Shown here piece after piece: positions 1 to 10,475 of a stretch of 28,806 nucleotides of DNA. This stretch comes from Octopus sinensis. Taxonomy: Eukaryota. Position 1 is the first letter of the stretch, and the number at the start of each line of letters is the position of its first letter. The notes below the pieces were generated by a model. That model did not search any database and was not told the DNA's origin. It saw nothing but the letters and a program-made list of their open reading frames with translations. The DNA lies in the NCBI RefSeq assembly GCF_006345805.1, contig NW_021833485.1, positions 1 through 28,806 on the forward strand, written 5' to 3'. Position numbers and translations under genes: made by a program.

Positions 1-92
1 TACATTTCTTACATATATGTAGATATATATGCATAATATATATATATATATATAGATATATATATATATATATATATTACATGTGTGTGTGT
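1..92. repeat. (TA)n/(TG)n microsatellite
   Basis: Direct dinucleotide runs. Confidence 0.95.
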
Positions 93-307
93 GAGTTTAT
101 TATAACTGTCGTAGTCCTATGAAAATTATGATAGTATATGACATGGCAACATGGAGCATAAAACATAAATATCGTTAAGCATGTATTCTCATATCGATGA
201 ATAGACGAACAAGAACAAGAACAACGATTCGTAGCATCATAGGTGTATAGCTATATGTGACACCTTCCCAGGCTTACATACATACTAAGTAAAATCACCT
301 CTTGCAG

Positions 308-348
308 AATTTGAAATTAGAATGAGATTGAAAGACAGAAATCAGAAG
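308..348 (+). CDS. Candidate 41-nt internal exon (xFEIRMRLKDRNQK), host gene unidentified
   Basis: Acceptor cacctcttgcag| and donor AAG|gtaacc; one of three frames open. No homology recognised. Confidence 0.25.
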
Positions 349-396
349 GTAACCGGAAAAAAAATATTAATAAACTAGCAGGTGTTAATCATCTAC

Positions 397-772
397 CTAT
401 TTCTTTACTACCCACAAAGGGCTAAACACGGAGGAGACAAACAAAGACAGACAGACGGATTAAGTCCATTATATCGACCCCAGTGTGTAACTGGTACTTA
501 ATTTATCTACCCCGAAAGGATGAAAGGCAAAGTCAACCTCGGCGGAATTTGAACTCAGAACGTAACGGCAGACGAAATACCTATTTCTTTACTACCCACA
601 AGGGGCTAAACACAGAAGGGACAAACAAGGACAGACAAACGGATCAAGTCGACCCCGAAAAGATGAAAGGCAAAGTTGACCTCGGCGGAATTTGAACTCA
701 GAAGGTAACGGCAGACGAAATATCGCTAAGCATTAGGCCGACGTGCTAACGTTTCTGCCAGCTCGCCGCTTT
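397..772 (-). mobile_element. tRNA-headed SINE family A, head-to-tail dimer with 19-bp target-site duplication
   Basis: Minus-strand A-box-like TGGCAGAAACGTT and B-box-like GAGTTCAAATTCC; two near-identical units; perfect TSD GCAGGTGTTAATCATCTAC at 378-396 and 773-791; similar copies at 5661, 6975, 20692 and 23532. Confidence 0.88.
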
Positions 773-814
773 GCAGGTGTTAATCATCTACTATCATTTA
801 AGTAGTTGTGCTCA

Positions 815-1020
815 TGAACAGACACAATCGGGAGTATTCCGAACTATGCGGCAGTTTCACGGATCTATACATTGTGAGTTTAAATTTTCTGAAGATGATT
901 TCGCCAGTCCTCGTTCCAGGGGTCACTATAAAATGTACCGGTTCAACACCAGGATCAATTTAATCAACTATTTACCTCTCCTAAAATTGCTAGCTTTGTG
1001 TCAAAATTAGAAAGAATTAT
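815..1020 (+). mobile_element. Degenerate SINE family A copy
   Basis: Residual similarity to other family A copies (gtgagtttaaatt, ggggtcactataaaatgtacc, ctcctaaaattgctagctttgtgtcaaaattagaa). Boundaries approximate. Confidence 0.45.
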
Positions 1021-1044
1021 TATGATTTTTATTCTTCGATATAG

Positions 1045-1240
1045 GGTAACTAGATGGAATATTCGTTTGTATTTCGGACAAAATGCTTAGCGATGTATCG
1101 TCCGGTTCTCTGCATTCTGAATTCAAATTCCGTCACGATTAAATTTGTCTTCCAACTTTTCGTAGTCCTGGAGTCACGTAATCGGTAATCCCCTACCTCT
1201 CCAAAATCTGCTGGCCCTAGGGCCAAAATTTCAAATCATA
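1045..1240 (+). mobile_element. Degenerate SINE family A copy
   Basis: caaaatgcttagcg...ctgaattcaaattcc head and ccaaaatctgctggccctagggccaaaatttcaaa tail match the 6975-7156 copy. Boundaries approximate. Confidence 0.55.
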
Positions 1241-1526
1241 TCTGCTGCAATCTAAAACAAACGTAGCTCAGTTGAGGCAAAAAAATGTCGCTTCAGTCAT
1301 GCCTACCATCTCTTAAAAATCAGAGACACTGACTGGCATTTTTTCCAGGTAGAGTGATGTTATAGAGTTTCCTTCACAAGGAACCTTCATATCGTTACTG
1401 TATTCGGAAAAAATGCTTTCAAAATTATTATTGTTATTGTTGTTTAGCCTTAGTGAAGGCCGTAGACAGGAAACATTTGGTTAGTGATGGCTCAACCAAG
1501 GCAGCAACAAAATCGTCAACCGCAAC

Positions 1527-1527
<1 letters not shown>

Positions 1528-1558
<31 letters not shown>

Positions 1559-1572
1559 ACAACAACAAAAAC
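1528..1572. repeat. (ATC)n-(AAC)n microsatellite
   Basis: Direct; produces the poly-I/S/M ORFs in the track. Confidence 0.9.
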
Positions 1573-1649
1573 CAATACTTACAACAAATACAAATTCCAG
1601 AGTCTGGTGAGAGCAATACTGGCTCGAGAAAAACATATTAATATCTACC

Positions 1650-1706
1650 ATATATATACATATGTATAAATTATAATATATATATATACATATGTATATA
1701 TATATC

Positions 1707-1738
<32 letters not shown>

Positions 1739-1964
1739 TATATAATATATATATATATAATATATATGACTTTTATGACTCTATTACTACCTCAGTCCAT
1801 CTAAATGTAAATTCTGTCTTACCTTTCCTAAAAAGCCTTTTTTTTTTTTATTACAATGTGAATTTTCGTGATTTTTTCATATTTTCCCCTTACATTTCCA
1901 CGTGTATTTTATATTTCTTTGTAACATATTTCTACTATATATATACCATGTATAAATGTATATA

Positions 1965-2002
<38 letters not shown>

Positions 2003-2065
2003 TATTATATATATATATATATAATATACATTATATATATATATATTATATATATATATATATAT
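1650..2065. repeat. Two imperfect (TA)n tracts (about 1650-1770 and 1935-2065)
   Basis: Direct. Confidence 0.9.
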
Positions 2066-2464
2066 GTTTGTATGTGGCGAGGGTGAAGGACATGGCCCGC
2101 ACGCACTTAAGTTTTTGTTTTTTTTGTCTACAGAAAACCACTTTTTCGAGTGCGCAGATTCCGGTATATGCAAAGAAAAAAAATCGAGATTACAAAATTT
2201 TAAACCATCCCCACCCCTATTTCTTCACTTTTCAGTTTTTTTACATTGTTCTTTTTGCGTAATCCGTAGGAAAATATGGAGATTATGATTCTAAAAAAAA
2301 AATTGGGTAAAATTTCAATTAAAAAAAAAAACATTCTCCTCGGCTCGCGCATTTGTGAAACAAAATAAAATTAAGTGTTTTCTCTACTAATGCTTCACTT
2401 TTGTCTATTGTTTCACGCATGCGTAGAATTATACTAAAATAGCAGCCTATAAATGTATGTACGC

Positions 2465-2488
2465 ATATATATATATATATTTACACAC

Positions 2489-2520
<32 letters not shown>

Positions 2521-2577
2521 ATATATATGTATATATGTAATATATATATGTATACATAACCATATATATATACATGC

Positions 2578-2608
<31 letters not shown>

Positions 2609-2710
2609 CACATATATACATATATATACATACATATATACATACATATATATACATATATATATGTACACATACATACATACGTATATATATATATATA
2701 TAATATATGT
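2465..2710. repeat. (TA)n/(TACA)n compound microsatellite
   Basis: Direct. Confidence 0.9.
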
Positions 2711-2714
2711 ATAT

Positions 2715-2945
2715 TCTTTTACTTGTTTCAGTCATTTGACTGCAGCCATGCTGGAGCACCGCCTTGAAGGGTATTTAGATGAATGACTCGACCCTGGATT
2801 CATTTCTTTTTATGAAGCCTGGTACTTATTCTATCGAACCCATTATGCCAAACCGCTAAGTTAGAGAGTTATAAACACACAAATATCGGCTGTCAAGCGA
2901 TGATGGGTGTGGTGGGGAAGACAAACACAGACACACAAACACACA
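2715..2945 (-). mobile_element. SINE family B, 3' half
   Basis: Reverse complement of the tail seen at 12630-12838 (tactTGTTTCAGTCATTTGACTGCaGCCATGCTGGAGCACCGCC, ccgctaagtt, gtcaagcgatg). Confidence 0.8.
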
Positions 2946-2985
2946 CATACCCACACACACATACATATATATATATACATATATA

Positions 2986-3239
2986 CGACTGGAAGAGTCA
3001 GTTTCTTTTTGTGCCTTATAATTTAACACACTCACGTGTAAAATTTCCCCTATTTTTACTTTTATTTTCCTAAAATTTTCTTGCAACCTTTTCAATAGCC
3101 TTTTCAAGAGTCAAGACCATTGAAAATGTTGCAAGGGGAAACGAAAATTTTAGGGAAATAAGAATAAGAAATAAGTGGAAATTTTACCGGTGTGTGTGTT
3201 AAATTATAAGGCACAACAATAAAATGACTCTCCCCAGAC
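2986..3239. mobile_element. Fold-back (long inverted repeat) element, MITE-like or inverted retroelement end
   Basis: Arms about 2986-3096 and 3119-3239 are reverse complements (gtgccttataatttaacacac / gtgtgttaaattataaggcac; cctaaaattttc / gaaaattttagg; ttgcaac / gttgcaa) around a 22-nt spacer. Confidence 0.75.
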
Positions 3240-3473
3240 ACACCAGAGTACAAGCAGTTAACTTAATCATATAGCCAGTTTTAATACACAGGTCTCTCAT
3301 TTAACAAAAATTATAATTATTTTGTTATGAATACAAAAAGATCCATACAAGTTTAGTTTAATACAATGTAAAGGAAAATAATGTCAAATTCTATCATATA
3401 TAACACGGTGAAATATTATGTGTTGTAACATGTCATATGGTCTGATAATAGAGAAAATATGAAAAATACTTAC

Positions 3474-3512
3474 CGTCAACAAAGCGATGTAAACGACCAG
3501 CTCAAAGAGGAA
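3474..3512 (-). CDS. Candidate 39-nt exon (FLFELVVYIALLT), unidentified
   Basis: Minus-strand acceptor gttgcttctctcag| and donor ACG|gtaagt; one open frame, hydrophobic. Alternative in-frame acceptor at 3539. Confidence 0.2.
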
Positions 3513-3544
3513 CTGAGAGAAGCAACAGATTAATTCAGCCTATG

Positions 3545-3589
3545 ATGTGTATGTAAGTATGTATGTATGTATGTATGTCTGTATATATA

Positions 3590-3670
<81 letters not shown>

Positions 3671-4268
3671 ATATGTGACAGAGACCTTTGCACGTGTTTA
3701 AGAAGTTTGGGAAGAAAAAAAGGAGTAAAAGTTGACGTCACATCAAAACAAAAAGGAAGTAGACTTAACTGTCCTTCTCCACTTGTGATTTCGAGGAGAA
3801 ACTTCCGGCAGGGTATGTTAAGATTTTGGCTAGGTTTTACACACACACAGACAAAAGCGCAAACAGACAGGCACAGACACACAGATGGATGTACGTATGT
3901 ATGCATATATGTATATATGTATGTATGTATATGTATATGTATATATATAAGCCTTAATTTGTTGAAAGCAACCGACGTGCCTTTATAATCGGAATATTAG
4001 GAATGGCTGTATTAATGCATCTAATTCTTATATTCAAACAAGCATATACATCCATATACACTGCACAATATACACGCGCGTGCATGTCCTACTGTGTAGC
4101 ATCTTGTGCAATGTCTCCTTCTATGTATGTATATATGTATGCATGTATACATGCATATATGTATGTATGTATGTATATATGTATGTATGTATGTATATGT
4201 ATGTATATATGTATGTATGTATATGTTTGTATGTATGAATGAATGTATGTATGTATGTATGTATGATG

Positions 4269-4336
<68 letters not shown>
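3545..4336. repeat. Clustered (TATG)n and (TA)n microsatellites (3545-3675, 3890-3950, 4120-4336) with unique spacers
   Basis: Direct. Confidence 0.85.
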
Positions 4337-4337
<1 letters not shown>

Positions 4338-4725
4338 GGCGCAGGAGTGATTGTGTGGTAAGTAGCTTGCTTACCAACCAATGGTTCCGATTCAGTCCCA
4401 CTGCGTGGCACCTTGGTCAAGTGTCTTCTACTATAGCTTTGGATTTGGTAGACGGAAACTGAAAGAAGCCCGTCGTATATATATTTATATGTGTGTGTGT
4501 GTGTGTGCGTGTGAGTGTGAATGCATGTATGTATATATGAGTGTGTCTGTGTCCCCCACCATCGCTTGACAATCGATGCTGTAGTGTTTACGTCCCCGTA
4601 ACTTAGCGGTTCAGCAAAAAGAGACAGATAGAATAGGCTTACAAAGAAGTCATGGGGTCGATTTGCTCGACTAAAGGCGGAACTCCAGCATGGCCGCAGT
4701 CAGATAACTGAAACAAATAAAATAA
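4337..4725 (+). mobile_element. SINE family B, near full length
   Basis: tRNA-like head AGGCGCAGGAGTGatTGTGTGGTAAG...GATTCAGTCCC, internal (TA)/(TG) tract and tail GGCCGCAGTCA...CTGAAACAA; closely matches 12117-12838. Confidence 0.88.
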
Positions 4726-4889
4726 TAAAACAATAAAAGGACATTCACACACACGCACATATATAAAGTGTTGCAAAATATATATATGTATATACATGCA
4801 TGCGTTCGTGTGTATGTATGTTTTATAAGTTTTACGTTATCATATTTACATATATACATACACACCTCCATACATAATCAGATACATAT

Positions 4890-4966
4890 GCATATATATA
4901 TATATATATCTATATATATATATATTATATAATATAGATAGATAGATAGAGAGGTAGATAGATAGG

Positions 4967-5038
<72 letters not shown>

Positions 5039-5050
5039 GGTACATAGATA
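4890..5050. repeat. (TA)n-(GATA)n microsatellite
   Basis: Direct. Confidence 0.92.
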
Positions 5051-5660
5051 AATATGGATGTATCTGCGATATATATGCATATACACACATCTCACAGACT
5101 AATTGAAAGGTCATACACTGTTTCATTAGTGTGTATGTGCGTGTGTGTGTGTGTGTGCGTGTGTCCGTGCGAGCGCGTCTACCCCTACCCACATGCACAC
5201 ATTATTAGACAGATCTTGAAAAATATAGTCAGCCAATTGAATGGCGTTGCTACAAAAGATCAACATTAGTATAAAATATTGAGGACAGAGAAATACATAA
5301 ACGTATTTTCTCGTCATTAAAACAGTCGAGAGGACTTTGAGGATGGGTTATTTTTTTGTTTTTTGGTCTTTTGTTCATTTTGCTTCTTTACTTGAGTATT
5401 GTGCCGAGTCTGTTTAATTATTCTACCCTTAAGTGAGTGAGAAAAGGAATGAGGGCGTGAGAGAGTTAGGATGTACATGAGTCAGAGAGTGACAGATTAT
5501 GAGACAAATTTGAGTGTCAGGGAGTGTAGTGACAGTGAGTGAAAGACAGTGAGGCTAGATGAAAAATGAAACACACACACATACACACACGCGTAAACAC
5601 ACGCAAACACACACACACACACATATACACTCACACACTCTCCCCCCTCCCACATATATA

Positions 5661-5875
5661 TGATCCCTTCTACTATAGGCACCATACCTGAAATTTTATG
5701 GGAGGGGGCCAAGTCGATTACAGCGAACCCAGTGCTCAACTGGTACATATTTAATCGACCCCGAAAGAATAAAAAGTAAAGTCGACCTCGGCGAAATTTG
5801 AACTCAGAATATAAAGATGGTCGAAGTACCACCAAGCATTTTATCCGACGTGCTAACGATTCTGCCAACTCGCTG
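5661..5875 (-). mobile_element. SINE family A copy
   Basis: aagtcgacctcggcgaaatttgaactcagaa and gtgctaacgattctgccaactcgc match the 397-772 copy. Confidence 0.85.
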
Positions 5876-5895
5876 ACGCCCTGTGGGAACCTATA

Positions 5896-6546
5896 TTCAG
5901 GGAGCGATGGGTGAATTGTCGCCATTTTGTATTTTTAATTTTGTGCATGCGCAATGTTTGATTTTGCTTTTGTCGACTACACATTATAGTAGGGTCAGTT
6001 GGACACTGTCTGTGCGAAAAGCAGCCCCACGACGCAATTCACTCTCCCAGAAATTTGGAAACTACATGCTGTACTGCTGGGCAATCGCGCCTGAAGCTAA
6101 GGATGTTTGAGTGTCAATCTGAGGACATGTACTGAGAGCGATAAAAATATAACATGCAGTCAACATCAAGATGTTTGGAGTGATCATTATTTATGGATTT
6201 ATGGCTACGTTATGCTTCCATTCATCTTCCCACACAGCCTCTGACTCAACACGGAGGCCTACACCAAGTGCCTGGAGGAGGTGGTGCTGCCCCGGGTCAA
6301 GAAAGTGACAACAGAACTCTGCACCAGGCCATGCAAGCAAGAGAATCCAGACATGGCTGTCAGACAATTTCTACGACCACATCATCCTTATCATCTGGTT
6401 TCCTTATTTACCAGGCTGCAGCTCCCTTGATTATTATGTGGCGTACAGTTGAGTAAGAGACCAACAAAGCTCCTTATAACATCAAAGACGAACTGAAGGC
6501 AAGGATTATAGTTACATTCACCAACTTAAACAAGGGGACCATCCAG
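5896..6546 (+). mobile_element. Internally deleted Tc1/mariner-superfamily DNA transposon (probably maT/DD37D-like) with transposase pseudogene
   Basis: Manual translation across stops and frameshifts gives TQFTLPEIWKLHAVLLG from 6032, then MFGVI..GYVMLPFIFPHSL*LNTEAYTKCLEEVVLPRVKKV, QQNSAPGHAS (QQDxAPxH motif), WFPYLPGCSSLDYYV (WPxxSPDxNPLDY motif) and IKDELKARII. Subfamily is inferred. Confidence 0.75.
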
Positions 6547-6575
6547 ATAATGTACATAATTCCTCTTCCCCTAAA

Positions 6576-6966
6576 TCTCTCTCTATATAAAGCTGAAGTT
6601 GTCTGTGCATGGCAGGTTTGGTAGCCTTCATTTCACACTATCTCCTCCGAGACCCTGCGGCACAAGTTGACCAAAATTGAGAGTATGATAGAAGAAGGCT
6701 TGCTCTTCCTTCCGTAGAAGAAAAAATTCAAATCGGAAAATGTTAACACCAAAAATTATTTACATCAAAAAGGTGCTTTTTTTCTATGAAAATTCCTATT
6801 TTTTACGATTTTTTGACTGCCGTGTCGCCATTTTTCGGTGTATTTCAACCAGAAAAATGTTCACTTAAAGAGAATAACAAGCTACATAATGCAAAGTTTT
6901 ACTTTTCAAAAATTCCAATTCTAAAGGATCGAAACAAACCCAAGCAACGCTGGGCGATACTGCTAG
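6576..6966 (+). mobile_element. Non-autonomous Helitron-like element
   Basis: Starts A|TC at 6576 and ends CTAG|T at 6963-6966; GC-rich subterminal hairpin CCCAAGCAACGCTGGG (6939-6954) 8 nt upstream of the CTAG; no TSD or TIR. Confidence 0.65.
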
Positions 6967-6974
6967 TATAGAAC

Positions 6975-7156
6975 TAAGTGTTATTTTCCCTTCGTCCGTT
7001 CTTGCGCTCTGAGTTCAAATTCTGCCGGTGTCGACTTTGCTTTTTAACCCTTTCGGAGTCGATACAACTAGTTAAGTACCTGTTGGATACTGGGGTCGAT
7101 GTAATCGACTTAGCCCCGTCTCCGAATTTGCTGGCCTTGTGCCAATATTTGAAATC
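6975..7156 (+). mobile_element. SINE family A, 5'-truncated
   Basis: ctctgagttcaaattctgccggtgtcgactttgc...ctggggtcgatgtaatcgac...ggccttgtgccaatatttgaaa. Confidence 0.85.
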
Positions 7157-7344
7157 GACCACTAGTAATATACATATACAAAGGCGACGAGTTGACACAG
7201 TTGTCAGTGCTTCGGGTGGTGGCATTTCGACTGTCTTGACATTTTCAAGTAATGTGGTATGGCTTAGGGACTCCAATATCAGCTCGACTCTGTATTCTTA
7301 TTCTTGTCCATAATGCAGAAATTACTCTGTCTGATTATGTTTTC

Positions 7345-7544
7345 TACTGCCACTGCTGACCCTGCTACTACTACTGCTACTAACACTACTACTACTGCTA
7401 CTACTACTGCTACTAACACTACTACTACTGCTACTACTACTGCTACTACTACTACTACTACTACTACTAATACTACTACCACTACAACCACAACTACCAC
7501 CACCACCACCACCACCACCACCACCACAACCACCACCACTACCA

Positions 7545-7605
<61 letters not shown>
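7345..7605. repeat. (ACT)n/(ACC)n trinucleotide array
   Basis: Direct; source of the poly-T/V/S ORFs. Confidence 0.95.
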
Positions 7606-7607
<2 letters not shown>

Positions 7608-7759
7608 ATGTCCACTGGTTGTCCTTACACGTCTAAATAGTATTTCTAATTCGATGGCATCGTAAGCGTTTGTTTCATTCTTCTAGCTTTCAGGAAGCAA
7701 TAAATGTGTCAACTTGCCGCTAATGGTCTGTTGGCTCAGTATGCGGTTGGTAATACATT

Positions 7760-7847
7760 AACAACAACAACAACAACAATACCAACAGCAACAACGACAA
7801 CTACAAGAGCGACAACAACATCGGCAGCAGTAACAGCAACAACAGCA
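7760..7847. repeat. (AAC)n/(CAG)n array
   Basis: Direct. Confidence 0.85.
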
Positions 7848-8235
7848 GGAGGCGCAATGGCCCAGTGGTTAGGGTAGAGGACTTGCGGTTGGAGGATCGC
7901 GGTTTCGATTCCCAGACCGGGAGTTGTGTGTGTTTATTGAGTGAAAACACCTAAAGGCTTCACGAGGCTCCGGCAGGGGGTGGTGGCGACCCCTGTTGTA
8001 CTCTTTCGCTCCAACTTTCTCTCACTCTTCCTGTTTCTTGTCCCCGACTTCCTACGCAACCGCTGAGCCTGGATGCGCATTCATCCATCCGTCGATGCTC
8101 TCGGTGTCGGGGGTTGATCTGCTTTCTCTTCTGCGGGTCTTACGAATAGCAAGGGACCACGTTTCGGACTTCTTCCACTACAGAGGCGCGATCTTGCAAG
8201 CTCTGGGACGAAGACCGCTTCGCTTAACAAACAAA
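7848..8235 (+). mobile_element. tRNA-headed SINE family D
   Basis: A-box TGGCCCAGTGG (7858-7868) and B-box-like GGTTTCGATTCCC (7901-7913); head and body shared with 17785-18014; flanked on both sides by CAG/CAA repeats. Confidence 0.8.
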
Positions 8236-8410
8236 CAGCAGCACCACCACCCCAGCAGCAGCAGCACTACCACCACCACCACCACTCCAGCAGCAGCACC
8301 ACCAACACCATCACCAGCTCCAGCAGCAGCACCACCAGCCCAGCAGCACCACCACCACCCCAGCAGCAGCAGCAGTATCACCATCACCAGCAGCAGCACC
8401 TTCAGCATCA
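8236..8410. repeat. (CAC)n/(CAG)n array with internal repetition of CAGCACCACCACCCCAGCAGCAGCAGCA
   Basis: Direct. Confidence 0.9.
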
Positions 8411-8732
8411 ATATATTCACCTCTACCCTCAGAACCCCTACCCCGCTTCACAAGTAACAAATTCCATTAAACCGCTGCCAATAGCAAATTCTATAATAAC
8501 GGCACTAAATGTTAATTGTAATAAAATTCTTTATTTCTGATAATGGCATCCATTTGTCTAAGAGTTTAGTACAAATCTGTTTATCGGCAGCTTTAACTAA
8601 AATTAACGGCTTTGGACGATTAAAATGGAGGCCGATTTTATAACTTCACCGGACTGTAAAAGTATTTTTCATAACACAAAATGTAACATGGCTGACAAAA
8701 AACAAAACAGAAATTAAATAAGGAGATGCTCC

Positions 8733-8734
<2 letters not shown>

Positions 8735-8774
<40 letters not shown>

Positions 8775-8813
8775 TCATACACACGTACACATACAATTAT
8801 ACATATATATGTG

Positions 8814-8850
<37 letters not shown>

Positions 8851-8885
8851 CACACACATATATATATATCCATATACATACATAT
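8735..8885. repeat. (CA)n/(TA)n microsatellite
   Basis: Direct. Confidence 0.92.
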
Positions 8886-9070
8886 AATAATTATTATTTG
8901 AGGGAATAAAATCCAAACTTACAAGGAAAAAGAATTCAATTTAGAAATACTAAATCAAATTCCACACAATATAATATATATATAAAATATAAAATATTCT
9001 AATATTATATATATATACATACATATAGATATACGGTTGCACACACAAATCATATTATATGTGTGTTATT

Positions 9071-9103
<33 letters not shown>

Positions 9104-9424
9104 AAGAGAGTATTCGTATGTACACGTATATATCTGTTCATGTATCTCTATATAAATTGTCATTAAGCATAATTTGTCTAATTTTAATTGATAGACGCGA
9201 CTAACCAAATTCTATGACGAATCGCATGACGCGATCATACATAAATGGCAGCGTTTATGCAAATACGTATCTCCGAACTGACCCCTCTCTTTATAAACCG
9301 CTGCAAATATGCCGGTGAAGAATTGTAAAATGCTGTATCGATTGATGCGAAGTAAGATCGAATCTATCACTGATATTGGGTTATATTACCAATGGCATAT
9401 CTTTAACTTTTATCTTTTATTTTT

Positions 9425-9960
9425 TATTTGTCACAGTTATTAGATTGTGGCCATGCTGGAGCACCATCTTGAAGCATTTTTAGTTGAATGAATTGAAACC
9501 AGTACCCTTTTTTAATATTTCCGCAAGTCTAGCCTGGTACTTATACTATCAAGCAGTTTTGCTGAAACAGTAGGTTTCAGGGACGGAAACACAACAACAC
9601 AGGTAGTCAAGCGTTTGTAGTGGACAGACTCTGACGGAAAGATACACACACAAACACATACACACTCAAACTTACGCATACATACATACATACATACATA
9701 CATACATACATACATACATACATACATACATACATACATACATACAGACGCCCGTAAGTACATGAACTCACAATCCCTAAAGCCCCTTTATACAAAGACA
9801 ACACGAATAATAATTGCAAGAAGACACTAATTCCAGAATATAGAATATAAAAATATAAAAAATACCAAGAGCTTCTTTTAGTTTCCGTCCCCTAAATCCA
9901 TTCACAGGCTTTGGTCAACCCGATGTTGTACTAGACTAAAAGACAGTTCCGTGAAAATCG
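9425..9960 (-). mobile_element. Degenerate SINE family B with expanded internal (ACAT)n
   Basis: Tail ggccatgctggagcacc at about 9449 and body gcttcttttagtttccgtcccctaaatccattcacaggctttggtc at about 9870, either side of (ACAT)n 9677-9745, in the order expected for one copy. Confidence 0.65.
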
Positions 9961-10145
9961 CTTGGCATGACGTAATACTTACTTGTGGCCCAGCAAACCT
10001 ATGGTTAAAGACACGATATCTCTGACCCCCATTTATTTGTTTTATTCAGACATAGTATACTTAACACAATATTATGTAATGTGCATGTCATCTTATGTAA
10101 TGTGTCTTTCCTGTTTTATCCATTAGCAGATGTAATTTGAATGTG

Positions 10146-10475
10146 TGGAGATGCTTGGCTTAGTGGTTAGGGTGTTGGACAGACAATCATAAGAGTGTTG
10201 TTTCGATTCCTGGATCGAGCATGCGCTGTGTTCTTGAGCAAAACACTTCACGTTCCTCCAGTCCACTCAGCTGTGGAAATGTGTACCACTAGTAGAGGCG
10301 CGTCGCATAGTGGTTAAAGTGTTGAATTCACGACCTTTAGATTGTGGTTTCGATCCCAGACTCATGATCGTAAAATTGTTGTTTCGATTCCTGGACTGGG
10401 CAACGTGTTGTGTTCTTGAGCAAAACATTTCATTTCACGTTGCACTCGTCCACTAAGATATAGAAATGAGTTTAG
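10146..10475 (+). mobile_element. Two tandem 5' fragments of tRNA-headed SINE family C
   Basis: TGGCTTAGTGGTTAGGG..GTTTCGATTCCTGG..GTGTTCTTGAGCAAAACA..TCCACT occurs twice and matches the 11778 copy; the second head has a duplicated B-box segment. Confidence 0.75.

Noticed and set aside
483-695. Short ORFs within SINE family A (also 5497-5925, 6974-7313 and 23484-23669)
   Set aside because: Incidental frames across non-coding SINE sequence.
3119-3160. TTGAAAA...GAAAATTTTA as a further U3-A8 hammerhead
   Set aside because: Neither stem II nor stem I pairs in this copy.
7279-7636. Mucin-like poly-Thr ORF with apparent signal peptide (MSIMQKLLCLIMFSTATAD...)
   Set aside because: The body is a pure (ACT)n/(ACC)n microsatellite with open frames on both strands and no supporting features. 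RNA-seq would be needed to revive it.
7848-7920. tRNA-like sequences here and at 4337, 10146, 11778, 12117, 17785 and 23532
   Set aside because: They have A and B boxes but no complete cloverleaf and continue into SINE bodies; they are SINE heads, not tRNA genes.
9258-9265. Octamer-like ATGCAAAT motif
   Set aside because: A single 8-mer in AT-rich DNA is expected by chance.
9983-9998. Possible 16-nt minus-strand micro-exon (ag|GTTTGCTGGGCCACAA|gtaagt), phase-compatible with neighbouring candidates
   Set aside because: It overlaps the expected decayed head of the 9425-9960 SINE. Several different phase-compatible chains can be built on both strands, so compatibility carries little weight.
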